The translations under genes were made by a program, and so were the position numbers. From positions 3,586,689 to 3,650,688 of the forward strand of contig CM074809.1 of NCBI GenBank assembly GCA_037447605.1: 64,000 bases of DNA, written 5' to 3'. Shown piece by piece: positions 46,701 through 58,689 of this stretch. Below the pieces are notes generated by a model. It saw only the letters and a program-made list of their open reading frames with translations, ran no database searches and was not told the origin of the DNA. The DNA comes from Zygnema circumcarinatum SAG 698-1b. Lineage: Eukaryota; Plantae; Zygnematophyceae. How positions within the stretch are numbered: position 1 is the first letter of the stretch; each line of letters begins with the position of its first letter.

Positions 46701-47787
46701 TTTCTCAGAAGCGGCAAATTCCAAACATAAAATGTTGTATGCTAAAAAAAACATGATAACTGTAACCATCCCTACTTCTGAAAACATCCAAGCTTTTCTA
46801 TTTCCACCCTTCACCAGCAACAAGGGACAAGCCTCCTCCCCCAAAACCCCCTTCATTCCAAACTTCCTTCCTTCGCCTTATCCAAAAGCTACCCCAGAAT
46901 GTTCCTGCTTGTTCCGACTTTGCGCTTCCAATTTCAATGACAATCTTTCAGGTTATGAACTCTTAATCAAGTACCTGAAGAGGATGACTTCTCGACGGAG
47001 AGCCGGCCGGCGCTAACACCCCCAACCTCCTTGCGTGCTCTTCCAAAACCTGAAACTTATTTCCCAAACCCTCCCCTCTTTTCGAGCCTTTGTCGTTACT
47101 TTCAACCGCATTCCCTTCAACAGCAGAAGGGGCGTCGGAATCCATGGCCACCCCAGGCAGCCATGGCTGCGGCAACTCAAAACTCAGCTTCTCTGGATGC
47201 TGAAAGGGATGATTCGAGTTGTCAATAGGAGGGCAGAAGGTCTCCTGCGGCCGAGCGAGAGAGGCGACATGGAAGGGAATTGCTGCTGCAGGGCCTCTCC
47301 CTCTGCCGAACTTGCTTTTCCAGCTGCCACGTGGCGCACCCTCTCGCTCATTGAGCTCTATAGGAACAAGCTCCCGGCCATGGCGTCCTCCTGCTTCCGC
47401 CTTTCGCTTCTTGTAGAAAGCATCAAGGGCCGTGTCTACAAGCTCGAGCCGATCATCCTGGACATTGACGAGCCACTCCATGGCGTCCTCCTCGGCTCCA
47501 GCCGCAGCTGCTGCGGCGGGCCATGGAGTGGATGGGGGGGCGAACCGGCGGAGGAGAGAAGCGCTACGCTGCCGGATTTTCTCTGCATTTTCTTTAAATT
47601 CGGGGAAGTTGGAGAAGAAGTGGTGATCTTCTCCAACAGGAAGAAACCCTAAACAGCGCACGAGCTCACTTACGCCGGCGGCCAGCGGCCCTTCGAGCTC
47701 CGCGAGGACTTGCCGAGCGGCCTCCGCTTCTGCAGATGCAGGAACAAAAGGCTTCTGCGGCGGCACTGGCTTCTTCTCGGACGCCAT
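40792..47787 (-). CDS. RRP6L2: Exosome 3'-5' exonuclease RRP6-like 2 (PMC2NT, DEDDy exonuclease, HRDC, charged C-terminus)
   Basis: MASEKKP.. (47787), [143 protein letters not shown], terminal [15 protein letters not shown]. Confidence 0.93.
41574..43707. repeat. 1087-bp tandem duplication within the RRP6L2 3' exons
   Basis: GTTATCGCTGTCGTATG at 41597 and 42684. The copies look identical, including a 23-nt GA run. The junction lies in a (TTTCC)n tract at ~42611-42680. Confidence 0.92.
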
Positions 47788-48536
47788 GGCGGGCGGGCGG
47801 CCGACAGAAGGAGTCGGGGAGGAAGGCAACAGGAGCCCTTAGCCCTAATTTTTCAGTGGGAGCTTTTGGAGGAAGCGCGGGAGGGCGCCACGTGGCGTCA
47901 TGGAGTGACTTCCCATTGGCTGTACGGTCACTTCTGCAGTTGATCCTGGATCTACTTGTTGCTCCTGGTACTGTACTGTCGATTTTGGAAGTGGATCCAC
48001 TTGAATTAGGTTGGTTCCATAACAGGGAACTGTCGAAATACACACAGTTGCAGTTCCAGTTCCGAACTGCACTGTTCTATGTGAACGGGCGTTTCCATGT
48101 GCTGGGACTCAGTTTAAAGGAAGGCTTTCTTGAAGACAGGAAGGTTCGTGCGAGGCTTCGCGAGTTTAGGTCTGATCCGTTTTGTGATGGGCTAGAGCCA
48201 GTCACGGCGCAACGTCGCACGTGCGACATGGTAATATAAATCAAGCGAGGCCACGGTGGCAGGGAGTGTGAAACGAAAGCAGAAAAGAAGGAGAGGTAAA
48301 GGGAGAGGAGGGTGAGAAGAGGAACCCCCAAGAAGCAGGATATCGGAGGGAGGGAGGGAGGGAGGGAGGGAGGGAAGAGGAAGGAGGGAGGAGGGGGGAA
48401 GGGAGGGAAGAGGAGGGAGGGAGGGAGGGAAGAGGAAGGAGGGAGGAGGGAGGGAGGAAGGGAGGGAGAGAGGGAAGAGGGAGGAGGGAGGGAGATAGTA
48501 GAGAAGAGAGAGACGTAAGGGCGCGGAGGAAACAGA

Positions 48537-50119
48537 ATGGCAGCAAACGCGGAGCCATCTTTCCCGGCTCCGCCAAAAATCGTGCCTCCGTTCACTCTGG
48601 AAACAGCAAAGGCCAAAGTCAAGGTTGTTGCACCTTCCCTTGAAGGTTACTATTGCAGTATCGAAAGTCGTTAAAAAGGAGGTATTTTTCTGTGAAAATA
48701 AATGAACAAATGGCTTCTATTGGGGCGATTTAATCATAGCGTTCAGGTCGCAGGAAATTCCAGATTGTTGAGTGCGCAAGTACCATTAAGAGAACTTTAG
48801 TTAATTAGTCTACAACCTTAATTAGAACTTTAGTGCCGAATTATTTTTCTTCTTTCTCAGACCTAGCTGCACTACTATTATTTGCAATGTTCTTATAATT
48901 TAATTCAAGTAGTTGCACAAATAGAGCGCAGAGACTCTGAGATTTAGTCGAAGTTTTCCACCCGGCCATGCAATGCAGGCGGCGGAAAACGCATGGAACA
49001 GTCGGAACCCTGAACGGGTCGCGCTCGCGTACACGGAAGACTCCGATTGGCGGAATCGAACCGAGTTCCTTGTGGGGCGGGAGGCAATAAAGGAATTTTT
49101 ACGGAGAAAATGGGCAAAGGAGCATGACTACCGGCTCATGAAGGAGCTCTGGTATGTCGTTTCAAGCTTTAAAATGAAAAAAATAGACGAAGAAACCGTA
49201 AAACTTGTCAGTTTTATGATGACTTTTGCAAATTGGAAATAGGGGGGGTCAGACTTAACACATGGGCGAATCAATTTCGTACGCCTGTCAGGTGAATTAA
49301 GCATTGGCTAGGTACGCATTTCGGTACGGCTGGGTTCGGCGGAGCCGCGGATCCCCATCCGGAATTCGTACGCGAAACTTTGACTTTTAGTATACTAAAT
49401 ACGGGAATTTAGTACGCTCCGGGCTAAGTCTGACTCCCCCCCTTAATGTGTGCAGGTGCTTTACGGACAACCGAATCGCGGTCCGATTTGAGTATGAATG
49501 GCACGATGAAACCAAGCAATGGTTTCGCACGCATGGAAACGAGGTACAGTACTTGTGAACCTTTCCTTCCGTCTTAAGTTGCTGAAGTTGCTGGGCTGGT
49601 ATCGATTCCATGAAGGGTTAGTCAGTCAGTCAGTCAGTCAGTGTGAGATTTGATATCAGTAATATGGTATTACAACGCTAAAGCGTGGACATATATCGTG
49701 TTAGCGGTTGTGAAGGGTTCCATCATGAGGGCTCATTGCGGGCCAAGTGGAGGAGGATGTGCAGCTTTGGGAGTTCGATGAAGAAGGGTTGATGCGGCGA
49801 CGGGATATGTCGGCAAATGGTGGGCTTGCTCGGATACTAGTGCCGCATGAGTTCATGTTCTTGTTGTTCTCTAGCAATTGATGCATCTTGGCACCTTCGC
49901 TTGCTAAACAGCCACTGAAGGTTCAGATCATGTTGGGAAAGGTTTGAGTGAAGTGTGAGCTTCCTCACCTGCATCGATGCGGATAGCGCACTTTGTGTTG
50001 GGTTTTCGATCCGTTCGATTTTTGACCCTGAACCCCAAATGCTTTCTCGATTGTTTGCAGATTATCCGATAAGTGAGCACGAGCGGCGGTACCGGTGGGA
50101 GCGGACCGGCTCGTCTTGA
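48537..50119 (+). CDS. DUF1348 family SnoaL/NTF2-like protein, 5 exons
   Basis: Exons 48537-48623, 48979-49151, 49456-49543, 49765-49819 and 50061-50119 splice to ..[131 protein letters not shown]. Confidence 0.92.
49242..49442. mobile_element. ~200-bp MITE (Tourist/PIF-like termini) in DUF1348 intron 2
   Basis: Termini GGGGGGGTCAGACTTA / TAAGTCTGACTCCCCCCC, with A/T-rich flanks (ATA / TTA). Confidence 0.65.
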
Positions 50120-50626
50120 ATTGGAAGGAGAGGATTCGTCCGTGGCCGAACATGGAAGCGAGGGAGAGAAACCGTTTGACCACTTTTTGAAAGTCCTTCT
50201 GCCTTCCCTTTCTCTTTCTTTCTCTCTCTCTTCAGAGAGAGAAAGAGAGCAAGGGGCTTAGCGGGGTTGAGCTCCAATATGGATGGGTTAGGATGCAATG
50301 CGGACCTCTGTGCGTACAAACAGCGGCTTAGCTTTATGTGAGCTCTAAAAACTTCCGTTTAAAGAAATGGAAAAAAAAAAAAAGGGACTTGTCATAACTG
50401 CCTGAAGATTTTGGTGTTGAAATGAACAGGGCGGGATAGTGCTCTATAGCTCTCGTTGCATGTGACAGTTCCAGTACCAGTTTTCCCAACAGTTGGCAGC
50501 ACATCTGCACTTGGAACAAAAGAACACCGTTCAGTTACAGTTCCAGCGCAGTTATGTAATTCTGTACGAGCGATGACGTGGAACCATATTGGGAGCCACG
50601 CCACGCAACGAGGCGGACGAGGTCAG

Positions 50627-50718
50627 CCGTCCGATCAGCATCTTGGCCGTCCGACTAGTAGATACCACCGTCCGATCAGCATCTTTGCCATTCCATCGGT
50701 GAACTTTCACCGTCCGAT
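50627..50718 (+). promoter_or_regulatory. Four CCGTCCGA(T/C) motifs
   Basis: Copies at 50627, 50647, 50668 and 50710. Two share CCGTCCGATCAGCATCTT. Confidence 0.45.
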
Positions 50719-51103
50719 TCGATTCGACCTCCATTGGCGACGTCACGACGTGGCTGCCACCGTCACCGCAGGACATGCTGTCTGCCACGTCAGCAGTCCC
50801 TAAGCTTCTGCGATGCCAAGAACTTACGTACACGTGCGTCATGCTACGCTTTTTATGGCGTCATACTTGCACAATTGGAAGCTTCCGCGCAAGGCCGCAT
50901 GCAGGCCCAAAGTGACAAAAGCCCTCAGGCGCGAAAGCTTTCAATGGCCCGCCAAAAAAACACTTTATCTCTGCCCGAATCCGCCATCACACTGGTTACG
51001 GGGCGCGTAACATCGACATTGCTATTTCTTTTCTGGTCCGACTCTCCTACGGGCAGGAAAAAACTTTCCGCCCTTGCGTGGAGAAAACGCGTCCTCCCAT
51101 ACG

Positions 51104-51209
51104 GTACGCGACTGACACGCGTCCACGTAGTTCCGTACATCTGGTACTAAATGGCCGTACATGACCTAGCAGTATCCGTACTGTACGAACCAACCTCCAA
51201 ATACTGTAC
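51104..51209. promoter_or_regulatory. GTAC-core cluster immediately upstream of SURNod19
   Basis: 7 GTAC sites in 106 bp, ending ~70 bp before the ATG. Confidence 0.5.
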
Positions 51210-51281
51210 TGTAGCCCTATATTGCCTCCCTCCCTCCCTGCCTATCTTTCCCTCTCTCCCTTTCTCAGTATCGCAGCAGCC

Positions 51282-53826
51282 ATGGCTCCCAGGGTGCAGA
51301 CGCGCCCCCTGTTCATCGCAGCCTTCTTCCTGCTCTCACCTCTCTCCGCCATGGCTGGAGGAGGTGAAGTTCTGACCGCGAGTTTCTTGTCTGAGCCTTT
51401 CCGTCTCTCCCCCGGGCAGGTCCACAAGAAGTTCTATGGACCTCTCCCTATGCCGAAAGGCCACATCGCTCTCCGCAGCCTGAACGCGGAGCTCGTAGAT
51501 GAATCAGGAGCGTCCGTCCCCCTCAGCGAAGTCTATCTTCACCATTGGATTTCTGCTCCTGCCTATGTGGCGGAGGGTGTAGTAGAGCAGGGAGAGAAGC
51601 CCTTGGGAGCTTCAGCGGAAGGAGAGGACGGTGTTTCTGCCGTCGCAGCCATGGATATTAGCGCTGTTGCAGCGGCAGGGAAGGAGGACGTTATGTCGAC
51701 TGGAGGATTTTGCAACAGTGGGGGAAAGTTAATGCCTTTCTTCGGAGTGGGAGCGGAGACGCGAAGAACAATAATGGAGTTTCCGGCTCCGTTTGGAGTC
51801 GAAATCGGGAACCCTAAAACTATTCCGGTTGGGAAGAAGCTAATCTGGTGGTCTGAAATTCATGCTATTGATACAAGGGGAGCTTTGAACCCCAAGGCGT
51901 GTCTTGAATGTAGATGCGATGTGTACAATACCACAGTGACAGAGAGGGGAAACCCACTTCCGGAGGGGTATATTGGCGGACTTCTGTGCTGTTATGAGGG
52001 TTCTTACTGCCAAGTAAAAGATGGGTATGTTGGAGAGAGGAAGACTTACTACCTCAGGTATACCGTGAAGTGGCTTCCGATGAGCTCGTGCATAGTTCCG
52101 GCTCAAGTGATGATCTTCGATGTCACCGACTGTAAGGTATTTAATCAATTGTGTGATTGGTTTTCTGCCTAGAGTCGTCTTTTGGATTCAGTAAACCACT
52201 GTGGGAGATAGAGAGCAGTTTGCGATTGAACTTGAACTTCTCCTTAAAACTGAAGCTTGAAGACATTGCGCAGCTTTAACTTTCTGTCAGTTGTGTGCGT
52301 GTTCCATTCTGGAATGTGTAAATGTAACCCAGCGTGTCTTGGATGGTATTTGCAGATTGAATACAATGTTGACAGCTGTCAGGAGGAGAGTGGTCGACTG
52401 GGAGACTGCATGGACATGAAAAAGCTGAATATTGTTTTCCCACATAGTGGAAGGCTCGTCTATGCTGTGGGCCACCAGCACGTAGGAGCTACAGGAATTG
52501 CTCTAAAACGCCAGGTATACGGTTGGTTAGTTACTTGGTCTGGTTATAAGATTATTTCGCTGTTACTTTAATCTAGTTATCAAGCTAGTATCAGTATATT
52601 TCTGGAAACCCTATTCCTCTAATCTCGCTCATTTACTCTTGCTTTTAGTCAACCGTTGCAAGTTCTTTGCTTGCTCGTCTGTCGTCTCTTTTCAAGTAAT
52701 AAACCTGAAAACTCTGCAACTCTTTAGATTTTAATGATGCTGGACACTCTGAAACTCCTGTCCTTGACTTACTCTCATTTTTCGCTTCTCCTGCAGAATG
52801 GGGAACTCCTTTGCAGCTCAGTCCCTATCTATGGTGTTGGCAGTGAAGCAGGCGATGAAGCAGGCTATGTTACCGGCATGGAAACATGTCTTTTTGATTC
52901 GGACTATCCGCGCCTGTCCGAAAATGAAAGCATTTCCATCAGTTCAAGCTACAGCAAGCTCGGAGGAGGACACACGGGAGTGATGGGATTCTACTATATC
53001 GCAGTGGCCGTAGATGGGGATTATTCACCTGATTCGGAATGCAAGCAGCCGCAGGACTTGCTGGTGGATGCCCTCCAACAATCTTTAGAAGAGGTAAATT
53101 CATTCAAACCTCTCTTTCCAAGAGATATAAGATAGGCAAGCAGATAATCCATCCGAGTATAGGGTTTTTTCAGCGACCTTACCCGACTCGTCTCGACTCT
53201 CAGTGGTATGGTCGGAAGGAAAGTGAACTGAGTTCAGTATGGGGTTTGGGGGTTTACGAGTGGACAGCCGATTGGAGGGGCTGTGGCTATTGGCTGCTTT
53301 CTGTTGGTCCTTGGAGCTGGAGGTCTGGGGGCTTTTGCTCCCCTGCTGCAGCACTACTGCGTCACTCGCTCTTACATGGTAGATGCGCAGATATGCCGTT
53401 TATTAGTGGTTGGATTATCCACAAATTTGGGAGCTTTAGAATCCCAAAATTAGGATCACTTTGTGGGCTTTTGCCCTAAACTCACGAGTACAACAAGCTT
53501 TACACGACTTCCGGAACCTTTGACTTCTCACCTTCTTTCAGGAGTAAGGAGTCGGGACGTCCTGTTCTTGAGGTAGGAGGGGGAGAGAGTAAGAGAGCGA
53601 TAGAGAGGGAAGGTTTATTCGAGAAACCAGAAATGGGTTGACCAAATGTCAATGTGTGCTGGCATGGCAGGTCCGAAACGATGACATATGGCGAGTCTCC
53701 CTTTGGGGAGGTTTCGGCGGCTTCTTGATCGGTATGGTCTCTGCAGGAGGGGTTTTCTGCCTCGCCTTCATCCTGTGGAGGCAGGAGCATTCCACCATGG
53801 CCTACGTTTCCGTAGCTTCAGCTTGA
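51282..53826 (+). CDS. Stress up-regulated Nod19 (SURNod19) family protein with signal peptide and probable C-terminal TM helix
   Basis: Exons 51282-52136, 52356-52514, 52797-53093, 53671-53826. Motifs FLSEPFRLSPGQV, MPKGHIALRSLNAELVDE..VPLSEVYLHHW, GVGAETRRT, HAIDTRG..CLECRCD, YIGGLLCC, YYLRYTVKW, IEYNVDSC, VYAVGHQHVGATG, GELLCSSVPIYG..EAGYVTGMETC, HTGVMGFYYI. Confidence 0.92.
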
Positions 53827-54880
53827 GGGGAAGTTGTAGAGGATTGTATGGAAAGGGTACAGGAAAAGGACTGGTGTTAGGGGAATGAGGAAACGGTTTG
53901 ACTACTTAAGTGATGCCCATGGTGTAAATTAGGAGTCCATCGCATGTACGTTAAGTCATATCACCTGGCGTAAGGTCTCATACTTACTGTGTAAGCACCT
54001 GATGAATGAATAATGCCTGCTTTGGCGCCTTGCGTAAGCTAAAACGAGTGGTTGTCTGTATGTGAACATGGACGCCCGAGCGTGAAATGAACGGTACACG
54101 CATCTGTGTATGCATCGCCTTTTTTAAGTGTTTGCACATATGCAGACAACAGTTCATTTGTGTCCATGCAAACGAAACAGTTGCTTGAACGTCAAGCGAC
54201 TGACTGTCACAAATAAAAAATTAAAGAAAAAAGAAAGAACGGGAAGGGAAGGGATGGACGACATCACTGTTTCTGTATAGTAATAAATCAAATTATGGAC
54301 ACAATAGTACAAGAGTTGTGGACAAGGTCGACATAAAGGTGCTTCCGACAGGGAGTCCGAAAAGAGGGCCTGTTCGCTCCCTACACACTCCAAAGCTGAG
54401 CAATGCCCTGTCCCTTGCCTGCCTTTTTGCTGGTTTTCCCTCTGTAAAGTCACTATCTGCCCTGCCTTTCTGCCTAACGCTCTCTATGTAATGTGACTAT
54501 CTGCACTACGATTACAATCCAAGCGACAACAAAACAATCCCTTCACAAAGCAAAAACGATAAAAAGAAGAAAACCCAACAAGCTATCGGGCTACACATTT
54601 ATGGAACTGCAAATTTGGACTTCAGTTAAAGTGGCCGCGTGCCACAGAAGCCTCGTGTTCCCACTTAATACTAGGGCGTGTCAGACTTAAATCTCACTGC
54701 GACCCCTCTTCAGAGGAATACTTCCGTAACTTTTTCACGTAGTAATGCTTTAATGCTTGTCGTAAGTTCTCGTTAAGTCAGCCACGCCCTAATATATACG
54801 ATAAACCCGACCCCGCTCTTCACGAATGGATAAAGAAACTAAAGCTATAAGCTATTCAGCGCCCCATCAACCATTATTCC

Positions 54881-55540
54881 CTATTGCGAGTAAGCGTGGC
54901 TCTTTCCCAGCAAGCCTTCGGACTGCTGAAGCACCCACATATGCAGCCGAGTAAGCGCGAGGTTATCCGCAGAATTGGGGTCCTTAGTCGCCCTCTCCCA
55001 CACCCTCTCAAACTCCTCCGCCACCGCCATAGACACAGCGGAAGGCTTCGCAGAGCCCCCTCCCCTGCTCCCATCCATGGCTCCCCCCTGCTTCCCTCTA
55101 CTCGGCCAAATGTCGCCATGTATGGCCGCATCATCAAACTCCGGACTTGAGATCTCCTCCAGGCGACACGTTGCACAGAGGCTGCTGGCAATTCTCGGGG
55201 CAGCGTCACCTTCTTCGGTGGAAGAGAAAGAGAGGGGCCTCCGGCAGCCATTAGGGCAAGGCCGAGCCTCCCTGCAGGATTCCATAAAGCCGGCCGGGCG
55301 GCGCGGCTCCTCGTCCTCCTGCTGCAGGAAGCACATGGAGGCTCTGCGGGAGGAGGGGGCGCCCGCGCCATGGCGGGCGGAGGGGGGCGGGGGCTCGCTG
55401 TCCTCCGCTGCGGGGCGGGCACAGGAGAGGACCTTGGAGAGGGCACGGGAGACAGCGGCGGTCAGGTAGGAGGCGGAGAGGGAGAGAGGGAGGAATCGTC
55501 GGCCGGAGTGGGAGGGAGTGGAAGAGAGGGTGGAGGCCAT
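54881..55540 (-). CDS. Intronless hypothetical protein (219 aa)
   Basis: cccATGG start after a CT-rich 5' tract, a 660-bp open frame in GC-rich sequence and a helical-looking C-terminus (AVAEEFERVWERATKDPNSADNLALTRLHMWVLQQ). No family recognised. Confidence 0.5.
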   Translation of the reverse strand: MASTLSSTPSHSGRRFLPLSLSASYLTAAVSRALSKVLSCARPAAEDSEPPPPSARHGAGAPSSRRASMCFLQQEDEEPRRPAGFMESCREARPCPNGCRRPLSFSSTEEGDAAPRIASSLCATCRLEEISSPEFDDAAIHGDIWPSRGKQGGAMDGSRGGGSAKPSAVSMAVAEEFERVWERATKDPNSADNLALTRLHMWVLQQSEGLLGKSHAYSQ

Positions 55541-56466
55541 GGGTGAGGAAGGGATAGGAAGAGGGAGAGCGGCGAGAGGGAGAGGGAGGAGAGGGAGGAG
55601 AGGGAGAGGGAGACAGGGGGAGAGGGGGAGGGAGAGGGAGAGAGGGGGAGACGGTGAGGGAGAGGGAGAGGGAGAGGGAGTGGGAGAGGGAGAAGGAGAG
55701 GTGAGGGAGAGGGAGTGGGAGAGGGAGAGGGAGAAGGAGACGGGGAGAGGGAGAGGGAGAAGGGGAGCGAGAGGGAGAGATGGGGAGAGGGAGAGGGAGA
55801 GCGAGAGGGAGAGGGAGAGATAGGAAGATAGGGAGATAGAGAGCGAGAGGGAGAGGAAGAGGGAGATAGAGCGGGAGAGGGGGGGAGAGGGAGAGGGGGA
55901 GGGGGAGAGGGGGTACGAGGGGGAGGGGGGGAAAGGGAGAGGGCGAGGGAGCGAGGGCAGGAGAGGGAGTCCGAGGCGGGGGCGACTGTGGGACCAGTCG
56001 GGCTGTTTCGTGCGTGTATTCGTACATATAATACGGATACGGTTGTAGCATTGGCTGTACGAAATACGGACGACGGCCGAAGCACATGACGGTCGTACGG
56101 AGAATGATTTGCAATTACTTAGTCGTTCCGAGGAGCAGACAGGGCGACACGTGGCGGATGGAGACAGGTGAAAGGATCCACCGACAAATATAGACAAAAA
56201 AATTGAGGACCTTCCAAAGGAGGGTCCAATTGTGAGATTTGGGTGTACGGGAAAAGGACTTACCGTACGCCGTAGATTTTTGTTTAATAACTCCCGTTAT
56301 TTGAACGGTCAGGATGCGTTCAGCTCGGAATTGGAGTGATCGGGGCCGTTCGATTTGTAGATTTCCTTCCCCCAGTAAAGTTTTTGGTTTGCAATTTTGG
56401 TTTGCAGTGTCCGGAAATGTTGGAAGCGGGTTGCAAACTTTATACCGTACAGGGAACCGCAAGGGA

Positions 56467-57025
56467 CCGGAAAACCGAACAGGTTGAGAAATTGAGAAAC
56501 GAGTTTTATTTAATTTCTCATTTCATAATCTTATTGAATAGGGTTGAACTTTGATCACGCGAGGTCGAAACGTTTTCGATTTAACTGAAAAGGAAAAATT
56601 TCAACGACTCAACATGTCCGCAGGTGTGGATTTCAATTTTTTCCACGTTGGTTCCATGCGATTTAAGGGATCCGGTTAATCCGGGCCCAATTTATTCCGT
56701 AATCACTGTTTCCGCGAGCCGATCAACCGTTTCTGTACGGACAACTGGGTCCACGCGCTTTGCGATCCGCTAAAATCTCACTGTTGATCGGTGGACCCAA
56801 GGAAAACTCAAATTGAACACGAACGATAATCAATTCTTCAATGTTCAATTGATTCTCCATGAAAATTGTACTGAGAAAAAAACTAAGGAATTCATTTCTC
56901 ATTTCTCAAGATGAATCGTGTTCACAAATAAAAAGGTTTTTCTTGAGAAACTGGTTTTGAAATTTTCTCTTGTGATAAGCCAAAATCTTTAATTTCTCTT
57001 TTTCTCAACCTGTTTGGTTTTCCGG
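56467..57025. mobile_element. TIR-bounded non-autonomous element, ~560 bp
   Basis: CCGGAAAACCGAACAGGTTGAGAAA at 56467 and TTTCTCAACCTGTTTGGTTTTCCGG ending at 57025. TSD not resolved. Confidence 0.6.
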
Positions 57026-57028
57026 GTA

Positions 57029-57513
57029 CAGTCTAATCACGTTATAGTGACTGTGTCGGTCCCCACGTGTTTGTGTCACTATATCGGTAATGACCCGTTT
57101 GTCATTTCACATTTATAGTAACAATGTTATTAAATATGTTTTTTGCGGTACATCCGTACGCCTTTGATACCGTACATTGTACTTTTTGGGCAGTCGTCAC
57201 GTGGGTAGGTGTGTACGAACCCTAGTGAGCATGTGTACGGACAAGTTGATATGTACGGTCAACTCGATATCTGACGGTATTAGTCGATAATGTGTACGGT
57301 CGTAATATATTTGATAACGCATATTCCAATACGTGGGTGGATAATATCGATATTTTGAACATATAGTAACATATAGGGCTTTTCAGCGTCGTTATATCCG
57401 TAATGACGTCACTACTGGCGCAGGATCTGCAATGGTGCAATTCCGTTCCCGGAAAAAAGTCAGTATATCCATGATGTTCTTATAAACAGTGTCACTATAA
57501 CGTGATTAGACTG
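57029..57513. mobile_element. Tc1/mariner-type MITE, 485 bp, TA TSD
   Basis: TA-CAGTCTAATCACGTTATAGTGAC ... GTCACTATAACGTGATTAGACTG-TA. Perfect 23-bp TIR with CAGT terminus. Confidence 0.85.
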
Positions 57514-58689
57514 TAGCCACAAAACGCTGAACAGTGCGGCTGTACAACACTACAGCTAATGTCGGTGTACACCGACCAATACGACAAATGTACCAATGGC
57601 AAAATGTCCTATGCTGCCAAAACAATGTACAATCCACCGACATTTTGGTTTTGTATCCTACGGTCGGCTAACGGGGCCGTACCTGCACGAGGCAGAGCCG
57701 ACAGGCCAGATTCTGCGAATCTTTCTCGACATTTTCGCTCAGTGAGAAACGGCTTGACAATTGACGCTAGTTTGTCCCGTAGCGGAGACCGCCTTCGAGT
57801 AAGCCGTACAAAACAAAACACTGACAGGATGACGTCACGAGCCCTTTGACAGGCGTCGCCTCCTGAAATCTTGGAGATTCAAAAGATTACATTCGAATCA
57901 AAAAGAAAGATTCTTCTCCAATCATTTGGATTTTGTAGATCCAACAGAATCCAGAGCCCAATCAGAGGAGCCCAGTTCAATTCCGTCCCCCGTGTCCTCC
58001 ACTGTACGAACTGCGTTACATCGCGCAAACAGCCAAAACTGTCCGCCATGGAACGGTACCAAATTTCGTTTTAGTCGTTCGCTGACTAGGGCCCTCCTTT
58101 CAGTGGCTTTGGTCATTTGGGAATTCCCGTTAGTCATTAGCGGCTAAGAATTCCATTTCAGTCACGAGTCCACAACTCATAACAACTAATAATCTCGATT
58201 TAGTCATTCGTCCGTACAAGCAATCCTCTCTCCAGTAACTAAGACACGACTAAACTCATACTTCGCCAATGCTACAAGTTACTATTCAACCTCGAGTCAA
58301 ACGTTTGTGGCTCTAGTGCCTGCCTGCAACAACTTCAACCACGCCGTGCGTTCGGACTCATGTTCAACAACATGAACATGAGTCGTACACCATGCGCGGC
58401 ACTTAGATTTCTCACCGACCACCCCCTACAAAGAATGCCATAATCAAAACTACAGTACAGTACAGTACAGTACAGAACTAGGAGCCCCCCTCAGCGTACA
58501 GAGTCCAATTCAAAAGCCAATAAAATTGGGTAAATAACTTTGGGCAGACTGCCCGGAAAGAGAACAATAATTGAAGCTGTTGCAGTCCCGAGCCCGTCTT
58601 CAAAGGACTGCGCGTTTGGTTCCATCTGAGCACCGACTGACGCCATCTTCCAAAACTCGCCTGTGCTTACGTTTCCATGTCTCCGTTGC

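Noticed and set aside
55550-56197. Upstream Pro/Ser/Leu-rich extension of the 438-aa ORF
   Set aside because: It is a GA/CT microsatellite leader. The plausible start is the ATG at 55540.
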